Shown here piece after piece: positions 29,432 through 38,539 of a stretch of DNA of 64,000 bases. The notes beneath the pieces were generated by a model. The model searched no databases. It was not told the DNA's origin and saw nothing but the letters and a program-made list of their open reading frames with translations. Each line of letters opens with the position of its first letter. The stretch's first letter is position 1. Origin of the DNA: Candidatus Binatia bacterium (GTDB taxonomy: Bacteria; Desulfobacterota; Binatia; Bin18); assembly GCA_963664395.2 (NCBI GenBank), contig OY761159.2, positions 3,584,001 to 3,648,000 on the forward strand, in the 5' to 3' direction. The position numbers and the translations under genes were made by a program.

Positions 29432-30205
29432 CTACACCCCGCGAAAATTCGGTTTGCGTTTCTCCAACATGGCGCGCACGCCTTCGTTGGCGTCTTCGCT
29501 CTTGCGCGCCCGCTGGACCAGGGTGTTGAGATCGTCGTAGTCTATGGTGTCCCGCAGCGAGATCATACGCAGGATGCTCTTTTTCATTCCGGCGAGAGAG
29601 AGCGGCGCGTTGGCGGCAATCGTCCGGGCCAGTGTCAGCGTGGCTGCTTCCAGCTCAGCAGCAGATACGAGCTGATGCACCATGCCGATTTCATACGCAC
29701 GTTGGGCGCTCACCGGCTGACCGGTGAGCAGAATCTGCTTGGTGAAGGCCGGGCCAACAATCTCAGCGAGTTTCTGACCCAACCGAAACGGAACAACGAG
29801 TCCCAGACGGGCCAACGGCATACCGAATCGGGCGACTTCTGAAACAACGCGCAGATCACAGTGGAGGGCGAGTTCACAGCCGCCGGCCAGGGCATCGCCT
29901 TGGACCATGGCAATGGTCGGATGGCGGGACGTTTCGATTTTTCCAAGCAGCTTTATAATACCGCTTTCCGCATCTTCGTCGCTGTGCTGACGGGCGTTTA
30001 ACTCCCGCAAGTCCAGACCGGCACAAAAGGATTTGCCTTCACCGCGGACGACAACCGCTCGGACCTCGTTGTTGGTCTCCAGTGCGCCAAAATAGTGGTC
30101 CAGTCCTTCCAGCACAGCCGTATTCATGGCGTTTCGCTTTTCCGGACGGTTCAGGGTAATGGTTGCAATGCCTTCGTTGATCGAGCACAGGATTTCTTCA
30201 GCCAC
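29432..30205 (-). CDS. Enoyl-CoA hydratase/isomerase family protein
   Basis: ITLNRPEKRNA, FCAGLDL, AGGCELALHCDLR, EKRKPNF. Confidence 0.92.
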   Translation of the reverse strand: MAEEILCSINEGIATITLNRPEKRNAMNTAVLEGLDHYFGALETNNEVRAVVVRGEGKSFCAGLDLRELNARQHSDEDAESGIIKLLGKIETSRHPTIAMVQGDALAGGCELALHCDLRVVSEVARFGMPLARLGLVVPFRLGQKLAEIVGPAFTKQILLTGQPVSAQRAYEIGMVHQLVSAAELEAATLTLARTIAANAPLSLAGMKKSILRMISLRDTIDYDDLNTLVQRARKSEDANEGVRAMLEKRKPNFRGV

Positions 30206-30343
30206 ACGCGCCTCCTTAGAATGGACAAATGCGTGCGCTCAGCTAAGCGGTTTCTTTGGGGGAGGTCAAGGTGACGGGGCGGAGGGATATCGTTCCTGCA
30301 CGGATAAACCGCTGATTCGTAGTAGGGCTTATTTTGAGAGTGC

Positions 30344-30745
30344 CTACACCAGCGGGCGGCTGTTAAGACTTGGGGGAGGAGTGGGAGGATTGGGGTCGTC
30401 AGGCTCCTGCTCGGTGTCCGCCGAGTCGGTCAGAAAGACAATCTCCGCCAGCAGACCGGTCACCAGAAAGAGGAGAACGGCACTGCCCCAGTAAGCAATG
30501 TGAAGGGCATAAAACGCGCCAATCGATATCACGGCGGCGGCAATGGCGCACACGATGGACAGCCGGGGTGGGAGCCGCACCGGCTTTTTGTAGCGGGCAG
30601 GGAGAAGCCCGATCAGCAGTCCGAACGGGCCGATCAATACGCCTCCAATCAACCGGCCTTGCCACTCCCGGCCCTTACTGGCGGCAATGCAGGCCGACAG
30701 GACCGCGCACAGGAACCAGAGACCGATGAAGACGAGGAGTTTCAT
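30344..30745 (-). CDS. Hypothetical membrane protein
   Basis: IAASKGR...G.LIGPFGLLI motif, 4 hydrophobic segments, GAGG SD. Confidence 0.65.
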   Translation of the reverse strand: MKLLVFIGLWFLCAVLSACIAASKGREWQGRLIGGVLIGPFGLLIGLLPARYKKPVRLPPRLSIVCAIAAAVISIGAFYALHIAYWGSAVLLFLVTGLLAEIVFLTDSADTEQEPDDPNPPTPPPSLNSRPLV

Positions 30746-30767
30746 TGGGGTTCACCCTCAAGAGGAA

Positions 30768-30799
30768 CCCGCATCCTAGCCCTCTTCCTCAGGGAGAGG
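30768..30799. repeat. Degenerate REP-like palindrome, family B
   Basis: CCCGCATCCTAGCCCTCTTCCTCAGGGAGAGG aligns with 23520-23551. Confidence 0.6.
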
Positions 30800-30831
30800 A
30801 CCAGGGTCGGAGTAACTGTCTTGATAGAAAA

Positions 30832-31302
30832 TTATTCACTAAACTTCCAGGTGTTCTCTGCCGTGCCGCTGATCTTCCAGCGCGGCACAACGATGTTGGC
30901 CTCGTTGGTCTGCTCAAATTCCACGCTGACGGGCAGACCTATTGCCACATCTTCTTCGTCGTCCAGCATGACCCCGCCGACGCGGACGAGCGAGCCATCG
31001 GCTTCGTGGCAATCGTCTAACTCAATCAGGCCGACAACGTACGGTACCGCCTCGACGAATGCGCCCAGAATGGGCTGGGTCACGACGATATAGCTGTGGA
31101 GCACGCCCGTTCCGGCTGTCTCAAACCAGTCGAGAGCCATAGAGTTGCATTTGTCACAAGCAGGGAAGGGCGGAAACCATTTGTGTCCGCAGTCTGTGCA
31201 CTGGCGCACAAGATATTTGTGTTCTTTCGTACCCATCCACCATTCGGCGGTATCGAAGTCGGGCACGATTGTGATTTTACTGTAATCAATTGGACCAGGC
31301 AT
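30832..31302 (-). CDS. DUF35 Zn-ribbon/OB-fold protein
   Basis: QCTDCG..FPP...CDKC, G.GVLHSY, VPYVVGLIELD, IGLPV.VEF; AAGGAG SD. Confidence 0.9.
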   Translation of the reverse strand: MPGPIDYSKITIVPDFDTAEWWMGTKEHKYLVRQCTDCGHKWFPPFPACDKCNSMALDWFETAGTGVLHSYIVVTQPILGAFVEAVPYVVGLIELDDCHEADGSLVRVGGVMLDDEEDVAIGLPVSVEFEQTNEANIVVPRWKISGTAENTWKFSE

Positions 31303-31315
31303 AGTCACCGCTCCT

Positions 31316-32545
31316 TTAAGCTGCAATCCCGCGCAGAATGGCTGAACTCGACATGGTTTCCGTTCCCCAACCGAGACAGGCCGCAATGCGGGCATCTTTC
31401 ACTTGACGACAGCCGGCCTGACGGTCGTAGCTGTGTTTCCCCTCTGCCCAGCCCGGACAGGCGTCATCGGCGCGGTGGCGGAGTTGGCGCACGTTCTCAA
31501 TCACCATACTCACCCCGTGGGTATAGCCTTCGGACAGATGCCCCCCGGAGAGGTTCGAGGGCAGTTCGTGGTCAATCTGTAAACGGCCGCCTTTCACAAA
31601 CTCGCCCGCCTCGCCTTTGCCGCAGAAACCGTAGGCTTCAAGCTGAATGAGGGTGGTGAACGTAAACGCGTCGTAGCACGAGATAAGGTTCACGTCTTTT
31701 TGACCAATTCCGGCCATGCCGAACAAACGATTGCGACCGTAATTTCCGGCGACATAGTGAATCTCCGGGCGCGAGTAGTTCCAGGCTGAGTTGGGCGCCA
31801 TGGTTCGTCCCGTCCCGCCCATGATAAAAACAGGCGGCTGACGCAGGTCATAGGCGCGTTCACGAGAAGTGACAATGAGACAGGCCGAGACATCGGTTTC
31901 GAGGCAGCAGTCGAGCAGGCGCAGGGGTTTGACCACCCAGCGTGAATTCTGGTGATCTTCAATCGTGATGGGATGACGCATAACCGCCTTGGGATTCAGG
32001 CTGGCGTGATAGCGATGGGCCACCGCAATTTCAGCCAGCGACCTGGTGGTTGTGCCGGTGTCGCGCAAATAGCGCATGGCAGACATGCCGAATCGCTGGG
32101 CAGGTGAGGTCCAGCCCCAGGGCATCATGAACTGATTATCCTCGGCCGCTCGGGTTGGCGGAACCGGACCGCTCGGTGCCTGTCCACCCATGCGCCGACC
32201 GGAGCGACCGTTCATGGACCGGAAGATCAGCATGGTTTTGCAATAGCCGGCTTCAAGCAGACCGATTGTATTACCAATCAGCGCTTCGGTACTCGACCCT
32301 CCGCCGAGAATATCAACCGAATAGTTGAGCCGCATACCGAGCGCGGTGGCGACGTGATTCGAGGTCGTTGAGTCACCAGCCTGGTAGCTGGTCATACCGT
32401 CAATATCGCGCGGTTCCAGGCCAGCGTCGGCCATGGCCTTTTTGGCTGCCTCACACGCCATGGACAAGGTGGTGCGATTTGATGGACGCATATGCGGCGT
32501 TTCTCCTACGCCGACAATGCAGTATTTGTCGGTGAGTGCTCCCAT
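31316..32545 (-). CDS. Thiolase-like protein (SCP2/Ltp2 type) lacking the nucleophilic Cys
   Basis: IVGVGET, GGGSS in place of CxSG, HASLNPKA, PLRLLDCC.ETD, YDAFT, NLSGGHLSEGYTHG; followed by DUF35. Confidence 0.88.
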   Translation of the reverse strand: MGALTDKYCIVGVGETPHMRPSNRTTLSMACEAAKKAMADAGLEPRDIDGMTSYQAGDSTTSNHVATALGMRLNYSVDILGGGSSTEALIGNTIGLLEAGYCKTMLIFRSMNGRSGRRMGGQAPSGPVPPTRAAEDNQFMMPWGWTSPAQRFGMSAMRYLRDTGTTTRSLAEIAVAHRYHASLNPKAVMRHPITIEDHQNSRWVVKPLRLLDCCLETDVSACLIVTSRERAYDLRQPPVFIMGGTGRTMAPNSAWNYSRPEIHYVAGNYGRNRLFGMAGIGQKDVNLISCYDAFTFTTLIQLEAYGFCGKGEAGEFVKGGRLQIDHELPSNLSGGHLSEGYTHGVSMVIENVRQLRHRADDACPGWAEGKHSYDRQAGCRQVKDARIAACLGWGTETMSSSAILRGIAA

Positions 32546-32555
32546 AGTTCCCTCC

Positions 32556-33584
32556 TTATGCCTGCATCTGTTGCCGAACTTCCTGAACGAGTTCCCGATA
32601 GCGCCCTTTGTCCTGGCGCTCCGAGGCACCAAGGCCAAGGATGAGTCGGTCTAAGAGCCCTGCATATCGATGAGCCAGTTTCCTGGCGATTTCGTCATAG
32701 GTGCCGATGACGGCGATTTCATCCAACATCTCATCGGTAATTTCCGCCGCCATACCGTCCCAGTCGCCTTTGGCCGCCTTTTCATTCAGCCGAAAGCAGG
32801 TATCTCCCCAGCCGTGTGCGTCGAGTACGCCTTTATAGGTCCGCGTTGAGGCATAAAAAGAGACTTGTTGACGAACCGGGCCGATGGCTTGCCGGACCTC
32901 GTCCGGCGTGGCTCCGCTGGCAATAAACGTCCCGGTTTGCAGGGTGAAATCCTGCCGCTTCCGGCTGGCTTTGGCGAGACCTTTTTCAATATTTGGAATC
33001 ACGGTTTCTTTGAGGTAGGTCGGGGTGTGAAAATTATGGACAAAAAATCCGTCGCACACCTCACCGGCAAGCTGGCTGATCAAAGGATTCAAGCCGGAGA
33101 TAATAATGGGAATATGCGGCTGCTCAATCGGGCCGGGATTAAAGAACGGTGTCATCAGCGAGAATTGATAAAACTCACCCTCGAAATTGAGCGGGGTGCC
33201 ATTCTGCCAACAGTCCCAAATAGCCCGTAGCGACAGGACGACTTCGCGCAGGCGTTTCACCGGGGCTTCCCATTTGACACTAAAACGCCGCTGGTTGTGG
33301 CCCTTGACCTGGGTGCCGAGCCCGAGCATGAAGCGCCCGCCAGAGTTGGCTTGTAAATCCCAGCAGATATTCGCCAGCACCATGGGACTGCGCGGAAAGA
33401 CAATGGCCACACCGGTGCCAAGCTGGATACGTTCCGTTTCCCTGGCGGCGACCACGAGTGGAAAAAACGGATCGTGGCTCGTCTCTGCACTCCACAGCCC
33501 ATCCAAGCCCAGCTCTTCAGCCTCGCGTGCAACCGTGGCCGCCGCATCAAAGGTCGAGGGCATAAAGGCAGTGTCAATTTTCAT
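32556..33584 (-). CDS. LLM class F420-dependent oxidoreductase (TIGR03617-like)
   Basis: WSAETSHDPF, FPRSPM, GRFMLGLGTQVKGH..RRFS, SLMTPFFNPGP, QVSFYAST..Y. Confidence 0.9.
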   Translation of the reverse strand: MKIDTAFMPSTFDAAATVAREAEELGLDGLWSAETSHDPFFPLVVAARETERIQLGTGVAIVFPRSPMVLANICWDLQANSGGRFMLGLGTQVKGHNQRRFSVKWEAPVKRLREVVLSLRAIWDCWQNGTPLNFEGEFYQFSLMTPFFNPGPIEQPHIPIIISGLNPLISQLAGEVCDGFFVHNFHTPTYLKETVIPNIEKGLAKASRKRQDFTLQTGTFIASGATPDEVRQAIGPVRQQVSFYASTRTYKGVLDAHGWGDTCFRLNEKAAKGDWDGMAAEITDEMLDEIAVIGTYDEIARKLAHRYAGLLDRLILGLGASERQDKGRYRELVQEVRQQMQA

Positions 33585-33593
33585 TGGTGGTTC

Positions 33594-33656
33594 CTCATGC
33601 GACTCATGCGACTCATGCGACTCATGCGACTCATGCGACTCATGCGACTCATGCGA
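33594..33656. repeat. Perfect 9-bp tandem repeat (CTCATGCGA)x7, intergenic
   Basis: Read directly; fills most of the gap between the acyl-CoA dehydrogenase stop and the LLM start. Confidence 0.98.
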
Positions 33657-34811
33657 TTAATAGGATCTTGGCATTCCCAGCACATGCTCGGCAATAAAAT
33701 TGAGCACCATATTATTTGAGATCGGCGCGATTGAGAATAAGCGACTCTCACGAAACTTGCGCTCCACGTCGTACTCTGACGCAAAACCATACCCGCCGTG
33801 GGTATCGATGGCCGCATTTGCTGCCGCCCACGATGCTTGTGAGCACAGGAGCTTGGCCATGTTGGCCTCTGCACCACAGGCTTCACCGGCGTCAAATAAA
33901 TCAGCGGCGTGAAAGCGCATGAGGTCCGCGGCCTCAGTCTGGGCGTACGCCTGAGCCAGTGGGAACTGGATGCCTTGGTTCTTGGTGATAGGCCGTCCAA
34001 AAATCTCTCGTGCGTTGCCGTACTGGACGGATCGCTTGATAAACCAGCGGGCGTCACCAATGGCCTCGGAGGCGACCAGGATACGCTCGGCATTCATCCC
34101 GTCGAGAATATAGTAGAAGCCGGAGCCCTCTTCGCCAATCAGGTTTTCGACCGGGACTTTAAGCTCATGGAAAAAGAGCTGGTTGGTTTCATGGTTAATC
34201 ATGGCGTCAATCGGGCGCACTTCGACGGCGTCTCCGGCCTCACGTAGATCAACCAGAAAGATACTCATGCCCAGCGTTCTTTTCGGGCTCTCGTCATACG
34301 GCGTGGTCCGGGCCAGAAGGAGGAGCATGTCGGAGTGCTGCACCCGAGAGGTAAAGATTTTACCGCCGTTCACAATATAATAGTCACCGTCTCTTTTGGC
34401 CGTGGTGCGAATATGCGTCGTGTCAGAGCCGGCATCCGGCTCGGTGACGCCAAAGGCTTGGAGTCGAAGCTCTCCGCTCGCAATCCGGGGTAAATAGCGC
34501 TGTTTCTGTTCAGCGCTGCCGTGCCGGAGCAGGGAACCCATGATGTACATCTGGGCATGGCAGGCGGCGGCGTTTCCGCCCGAGCGGTTGATCTCTTCTA
34601 AAATAACGCTGGCCTCTGTCATCGTCAGTCCCGAGCCACCGTATTGTTCGGGGATTAAGGCCGCTAACCAGCCTGCCGTAGTCAGCTCATCAACAAATTG
34701 TTCAGGATAGTGATTTTCCTTATCGAGCCTGCGCCAATATTCATCTCCATACTGACTACAGAATTTGCGAATCTCACTGCGAATTTCCGGACAGCGCTCT
34801 TTTTCTGACAT
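33657..34811 (-). CDS. Acyl-CoA dehydrogenase family protein
   Basis: IPEQYGGSG, FGVTEPDAGSD, NGGKIFTS, LIGEEG.GF, NAERIL, THGGYGFA.EYDVER. Confidence 0.95.
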   Translation of the reverse strand: MSEKERCPEIRSEIRKFCSQYGDEYWRRLDKENHYPEQFVDELTTAGWLAALIPEQYGGSGLTMTEASVILEEINRSGGNAAACHAQMYIMGSLLRHGSAEQKQRYLPRIASGELRLQAFGVTEPDAGSDTTHIRTTAKRDGDYYIVNGGKIFTSRVQHSDMLLLLARTTPYDESPKRTLGMSIFLVDLREAGDAVEVRPIDAMINHETNQLFFHELKVPVENLIGEEGSGFYYILDGMNAERILVASEAIGDARWFIKRSVQYGNAREIFGRPITKNQGIQFPLAQAYAQTEAADLMRFHAADLFDAGEACGAEANMAKLLCSQASWAAANAAIDTHGGYGFASEYDVERKFRESRLFSIAPISNNMVLNFIAEHVLGMPRSY

Positions 34812-34872
34812 TGGGTTTCCTCCAGATTAAAATGATACAGACTCCGACGGCCAAAATAACCGCTCGCGTGTT

Positions 34873-35595
34873 TTACTCTCTGGTAAACAGGAGGTCGGGA
34901 CGGAGGACGGTGTTGCCTCGGGCGAGGGCGTTCACGGTCGCCTTGGAGACCATGACCGCAGTCGGGTTTTTAGCGGCCAGGCTCCGGGCCAGGGCGTACG
35001 CGGTCGGCAGCAGTTCTGCCTGTGTGACGACCTGATTGACCAAGCCGAGTTGGAGAGCTTCGTCCGCCTTGAGGTGCCGACAGTTGAGTATGATGTCTTT
35101 GGCTCGGTTCGGACCCACATTGGCAACCAGGAGGGCGGTTGAGGCCGGACTCAGCGGCACGCCGAGGTCCACTTCGGGAAACCAGAACTCGGCCTCCTCA
35201 ACGGCTATCCGAAAATCACACGCCAGCGCCAGTGACCAACCGCCGCCAATCGCGTAGCCGTTGATTGCGGCAATCACCACAGGCTCCATGCTGGCAAACA
35301 TGTCGAGCGTACGGGCAATGGCGCGCGTCCAGCGTTTACCGAGCGGGGCGAAGATCTTGCGCCGTTCCTGGCGATCACTGATGCCTCTGATGGGCGATAA
35401 GTCCGCGCCGGCTGAAAACGTATTGCCCGAGCCGGTAAAAACGACGACGCGAATGTCTTTGTCATCGCGTATCTGGTATTGCAGGCGCTCGAGTTCCAGG
35501 GAGATGTCTTCGTTGAGCGGATTCCGTTTCTCTGGCCGGTTAAAGGTGAGCGTGGCAATGGTCCCGTCTTTTTCCAAAAGAAAATGCTCTGGCAC
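34873..35595 (-). CDS. Enoyl-CoA hydratase/isomerase family protein
   Basis: TFNRPEKRN, FSAGADL, AAING.AIGGG, FPEVDLG; GTG 35595 after AGGGGG. Confidence 0.9.
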   Translation of the reverse strand: MPEHFLLEKDGTIATLTFNRPEKRNPLNEDISLELERLQYQIRDDKDIRVVVFTGSGNTFSAGADLSPIRGISDRQERRKIFAPLGKRWTRAIARTLDMFASMEPVVIAAINGYAIGGGWSLALACDFRIAVEEAEFWFPEVDLGVPLSPASTALLVANVGPNRAKDIILNCRHLKADEALQLGLVNQVVTQAELLPTAYALARSLAAKNPTAVMVSKATVNALARGNTVLRPDLLFTRE

Positions 35596-35732
35596 AGTGG
35601 ACCCCCTTGGCGGCATGCAATAACGGCCTCATCTAAGCGGACGCCCTGCCGTCTGGCAAGAGAGGCGGGCGCGGTCTTTCTCTTGGAAATAGGATATGCT
35701 TGGTCCAAGTTGAGCAGACAAAGGAGGGCAGT

Positions 35733-36503
35733 ATGGATCTTGGACTCTCGAACAACGTCGCAATGATTAGTGGCGCGAGTCGTGGCATTGGGCGAGCCAT
35801 TGCCTTGGGCCTGGCCGCAGAAGGCTGTCGATTGAGCCTGTGTGCTCGGGGCAGAGAGCCGCTTGAGGCAACCGCGCAAGAAGTCCGAAGGGCGGGCGTT
35901 GATGTACTGGCCACAGCTCTGGATGTGACGCAAGAAGCCGAGGCCCGGAGCTGGGTTGAAGCAACGCAGCAACACTTTGGGGGGATAGACATTCTCATCA
36001 ACAATGTTGGCGGTTCCCGTCCGGGCGGCAATCTGGATGCCTCTCGGAGTGACTGGCAGGCCGGCTTTGCCTTGAATTTCTTTTCAGCGCTGGACCTGTG
36101 CCGGCTGGTCGTCCCGTCCATGGAAGACCGCAAAGCGGGCTGCGTGATTAATATTACCTCCATCTACGGCCGCGAGTGGGGTGGACCTATGACCTATAAT
36201 GCCTCAAAGGCCGCCATGATCAGTTTATCCAAAGAAATGGCCCGCGCGCTTGCTCCCAAAGGGATTCGAGTCAATAGCGTTGCCCCTGGGTCGATTCTTT
36301 TTCCTGGGGGGGCCTGGGAACAACGCCAAAAAGAAAACCCCGCAGGCATTGCCGCTTTTGTCAAAGCCGAGCTGCCAGCCGGTCGTTTTGGGAAGCCGGA
36401 AGAAGTGGCGGATGTGGTCGTCTTTTTGGCTTCGGAGCGATCTGAATGGGTTTCCGGGGCATGCATTACTGTTGACGGCTGTCAGTCACGCTCGTTGATT
36501 TAA
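35733..36503 (+). CDS. SDR family oxidoreductase
   Basis: GASRGIG, NNVG, YNASK, IRVNSVAPG, VDG. Confidence 0.93.
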   Translation: MDLGLSNNVAMISGASRGIGRAIALGLAAEGCRLSLCARGREPLEATAQEVRRAGVDVLATALDVTQEAEARSWVEATQQHFGGIDILINNVGGSRPGGNLDASRSDWQAGFALNFFSALDLCRLVVPSMEDRKAGCVINITSIYGREWGGPMTYNASKAAMISLSKEMARALAPKGIRVNSVAPGSILFPGGAWEQRQKENPAGIAAFVKAELPAGRFGKPEEVADVVVFLASERSEWVSGACITVDGCQSRSLI

Positions 36504-36515
36504 GGGGAGAGAAGC

Positions 36516-37319
36516 ATGAACGAGCGCTACGAAACCTTGGAACTGCGACGGGACAAAGACCTATTGTGGCTGGTCTTGAACCGTCCGGCATCGCTGAACG
36601 CCATGAATAGTCTGCTGGTCAACGAGCTGCACGGCGTGCTCGACGAACTGCACCAGGATCAGACCGTCCGGGTGGTCATCCTGCGTGGCGCGGGCCGCGG
36701 CTTTTGTGCCGGGCTTGATCTCAAACAGTCCGCCGCCGCCACCGGCACCTATTCTGTTGCCCAGGGCCTGCGTGACCAGCGCCGGATTGCCGAACTGGCG
36801 ATTAAAATTCACCGCGCTCCGCAACCGTTTATTGCGGCTATTCACGGCCCGGCCGCCGGGGGTGGTTTTGCCTTGGCTCTGGCGAGCGATATCCGCATTG
36901 TGGGGGAATCCGCCCGTATGAATGCGGCCTTTATTCGCATCGGGCTGTCGGCCTGTGATGTGGGCGTGAGTTATTTTTTGCCCCGCCTGGTTGGGTCTTC
37001 GGTCGCTTCCGAGCTCTTACTGACCGGAGACTTTATTGACGCACACCGGGCCTTGGCAACGGGGCTGGCCTCTCGCCTGGTGCCGGACGCCGAACTGGAT
37101 CAGGCCGCCGAAGCCATGGCCCGCCATATTCTACGCAACTCGCCCCTTGGGGTGAGACTGACGAAAGAATGCCTGCGCTATTCAGTTGACGCGCCAACGC
37201 TGGAGGCGGCCATTGCGATGGAAGATCGGAATCAGATTCTGACCACACAGACACATGACGTGCGTGAGGGGATTGCCGCTTTCCTGGAGAAACGCGAGCC
37301 GCGGTATGAGGACGCCTGA
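36516..37319 (+). CDS. Enoyl-CoA hydratase/isomerase family protein
   Basis: LNRPASLNA, FCAGLDL, AAGGGFALALASDIR, AFLEKREP. Confidence 0.92.
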   Translation: MNERYETLELRRDKDLLWLVLNRPASLNAMNSLLVNELHGVLDELHQDQTVRVVILRGAGRGFCAGLDLKQSAAATGTYSVAQGLRDQRRIAELAIKIHRAPQPFIAAIHGPAAGGGFALALASDIRIVGESARMNAAFIRIGLSACDVGVSYFLPRLVGSSVASELLLTGDFIDAHRALATGLASRLVPDAELDQAAEAMARHILRNSPLGVRLTKECLRYSVDAPTLEAAIAMEDRNQILTTQTHDVREGIAAFLEKREPRYEDA

Positions 37320-37336
37320 CGATAAGTCCTTCCCTC

Positions 37337-37798
37337 TCAGTACACCGTCACCCGGCCGCTGAACCACACCCCCCCGAGCGGGGCATAACACACGCACGGC
37401 GCCCCGATAGGGAGCAGAGTATTCATGTGGCAAAACAATAATTGGTTTCGACAGATGCCGGCGGCGGGGTAAGGAGCATAGTACGGATACGGTGGCGGAT
37501 AGACAGAAGGATAGTGGTGAGGAGGGGAGTAAGGGTAGGGCGGATAAGGGTGAGGGTGATGAGGGTGGTGCTGTCCGTGGACCGGCAGCAAAGGCGTTTC
37601 CTCTTCCAGGCTGCACTGCTGGGCGGTTAGCTGCTCCACGGCTCCAAGCTCCGTGGCCTTGGCAAGCGGTGTCCCCACGTTGAGCAGGGCCACACAGGCT
37701 ACGATAACTTTCAGAGAGTGTATGGTTGTCCGCAGCGGCCACTCCTCCCTTCTTTCAGAACAACGCGAGCATGACGCCTGTGGTTGTGTTTCTTCCAC
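37337..37798 (-). CDS. Hypothetical exported His/Pro/Tyr-rich protein with 4-Cys C-terminal domain
   Basis: Signal-like VIVACVALLNVGTPLAKA, HHPHHPHPYPPYPY tract, C..C..CxC..G.V tail; true start probably near the GGAGGAG at about 37745. Confidence 0.6.
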   Translation of the reverse strand: MEETQPQASCSRCSERREEWPLRTTIHSLKVIVACVALLNVGTPLAKATELGAVEQLTAQQCSLEEETPLLPVHGQHHPHHPHPYPPYPYSPPHHYPSVYPPPYPYYAPYPAAGICRNQLLFCHMNTLLPIGAPCVCYAPLGGVWFSGRVTVY

Positions 37799-37876
37799 AA
37801 ATACCTACGAAGGTCAATTTTGGTCGGTCAGGAACCCCCTGTGGTTGCCCGTCGCACGGCGTGTTGCATCCCACGC

Positions 37877-38539
37877 CTAGGTGGCGAGCAGCCGGGGGAG
37901 TTCAGCAATACTCGGCAGGATGTAGTCCGCCTGCTCCTGCCGCATGACGGCGTCGGTACTGGTCCCGGTGAGTACACCGACAGTGAGTACGCCGGCCGCT
38001 TTGCCAGCCTGAATATCAATGGGTGAGTCGCCAATATACACCGCCTCGTGTGGGTCGAGTTGCAGATGTTCAAGGCACTTACGGACAGGTTCCGGATGGG
38101 GTTTTCGGAGTTTTACATCTTCCCGGCCAACAATGCCGCCAAAGAGGTGGCGGACGCCCCACGTATCCAGAAAGGGCAGGGCGCGGCCGGACGAGGTGGC
38201 GATCCCGAGTCGGAAGCCTCGGCCGTGCAAAGCGTGCAAGGCTTCCACGCTCCCCGGAACGGCCTGCGTCTCTTCATGATAGCGTCGCAGCCATTCGTCC
38301 ATACGACTGTCGGTGATGTGCTTGAGACGGTCCGCCGGGTCGGGATAGTCGGGGGGAAAGAGCTGGACGAGCGGATTCTCCACCCCGCGGCGCATCAACT
38401 CGTACACCCGCTCGCGTGGAACTGGGGGAAGATCGGCTAAGGTGAGGACCTCTAGGGCGATCTCATAGAAGAACTCGACCGAGCGAGCGAGCGTCCCGTC
38501 AACATCAAAGATGATGCCTTTGGCTTGGATGCTACTCAT
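37877..38539 (-). CDS. HAD family hydrolase (phosphoglycolate phosphatase-like)
   Basis: IIFDVDGTL, GIATSS, KPHPEP, YIGDSPIDI.AG.AAG; start overlaps the coaE stop (ATGA). Confidence 0.92.
   Translation of the reverse strand: MSSIQAKGIIFDVDGTLARSVEFFYEIALEVLTLADLPPVPRERVYELMRRGVENPLVQLFPPDYPDPADRLKHITDSRMDEWLRRYHEETQAVPGSVEALHALHGRGFRLGIATSSGRALPFLDTWGVRHLFGGIVGREDVKLRKPHPEPVRKCLEHLQLDPHEAVYIGDSPIDIQAGKAAGVLTVGVLTGTSTDAVMRQEQADYILPSIAELPRLLAT

Noticed and set aside
33594-33656. Repeat array as a CRISPR
   Set aside because: 9-bp units are contiguous with no spacers, and no cas genes are present
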